From NCBI GenBank assembly GCA_951406725.2, contig OX597828.1, positions 75,516,001-75,580,000 on the forward strand: a stretch of 64,000 nt of DNA, written 5' to 3'. Source of the DNA: Octopus vulgaris. Taxonomy: Eukaryota. Positions 63,430 through 64,000 of the stretch are shown one piece after another. Under the pieces are notes generated by a model, which saw only the letters and a list, made by a program, of their open reading frames with translations, did not search any database and was not told where the DNA came from. Each line of letters starts with the position of its first letter. Within the stretch, counting starts at the first letter, position 1. The translations under genes were made by a program, and so were the position numbers.

Positions 63430-64000
63430 CGTGTGTGTGTGTGTGTGCGTGTGTGTATGTGTGTTTATGTATCAGCTTGTAGCAACACAATGTGCGTCAA
63501 TTAGAATCACTGTTTTCCCTTTTTCTTTTTATTTATCATAAATGAAAGGGATTCATCAGAGCAGTCATTTGACCTCCCAAATATGACAGTCAAGCTGACA
63601 ATTCCGTTAGACTATAATGTACCGTTTAAGAAATGGGAAATCACATTAAAGGGTATAGTTCTAGATAAACTCCCTCAAATTGCATGCACAAGCACTGCTA
63701 GAATACTTTTAATCATAGACTGATCACAGGCTGAACGGCACCCAATACCAGCAGCTAAATTAACGACAATAATCAAATGTCGAATTTTCAAAGCGTGGAT
63801 TTTGGGGGTAAAATTGAAGATATAAGCTCCACCTAAAAGACTACGAAATAAAAACCTCCTCCTAAAATCTGCTGCCGGGTTTGAACTCAGGGTCTGACCT
63901 TTCTGCGTTGTAATTTTGTAACCGTTTCCTACTGGCTCACGGAGCTTCACTTCGTTGTCACAACAAAATGAAAATTTGAATTAGCCCAAGCAACGTAAAC

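Overview
AT-rich, microsatellite-saturated animal genomic DNA with no recognisable host protein-coding exon. It is most likely a coleoid cephalopod (Octopus-like); this is an inference from the tRNA-derived SINE families and the extreme (TA)n/(TAA)n load. It looks like the interior of a very large intron or a gene desert. Contents: about 25 SINE copies of 3-4 families; three 5'-truncated CR1/L2-group LINE fragments with readable RT C-termini; a short CR1-type 3' end; a decayed RTE; a frameshifted DD34D mariner; a non-autonomous Helitron; a Helentron-type HINE; small hAT-like MITEs; Penelope-like remnants with minimal hammerhead cores; kb-scale (TA)n tracts; and a 100-N gap. Nearly all long ORFs in the track are microsatellite artefacts. 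Signals worth follow-up: (1) a textbook recursive-splice (AG|GTGAGT ratchet) site with a downstream 106-nt candidate RS-exon on the minus strand at ~3.3 kb; (2) a position-conserved 3' stem-loop with different paired sequences, shared by three LINEs and a SINE family; (3) retroelements embedded in (TA)n arrays; (4) a pre-miRNA-like hairpin in unique sequence; (5) a ~540-bp SINE palindrome and several de novo fold-back hairpins. All structures were read by eye; nothing was computed or database-searched.
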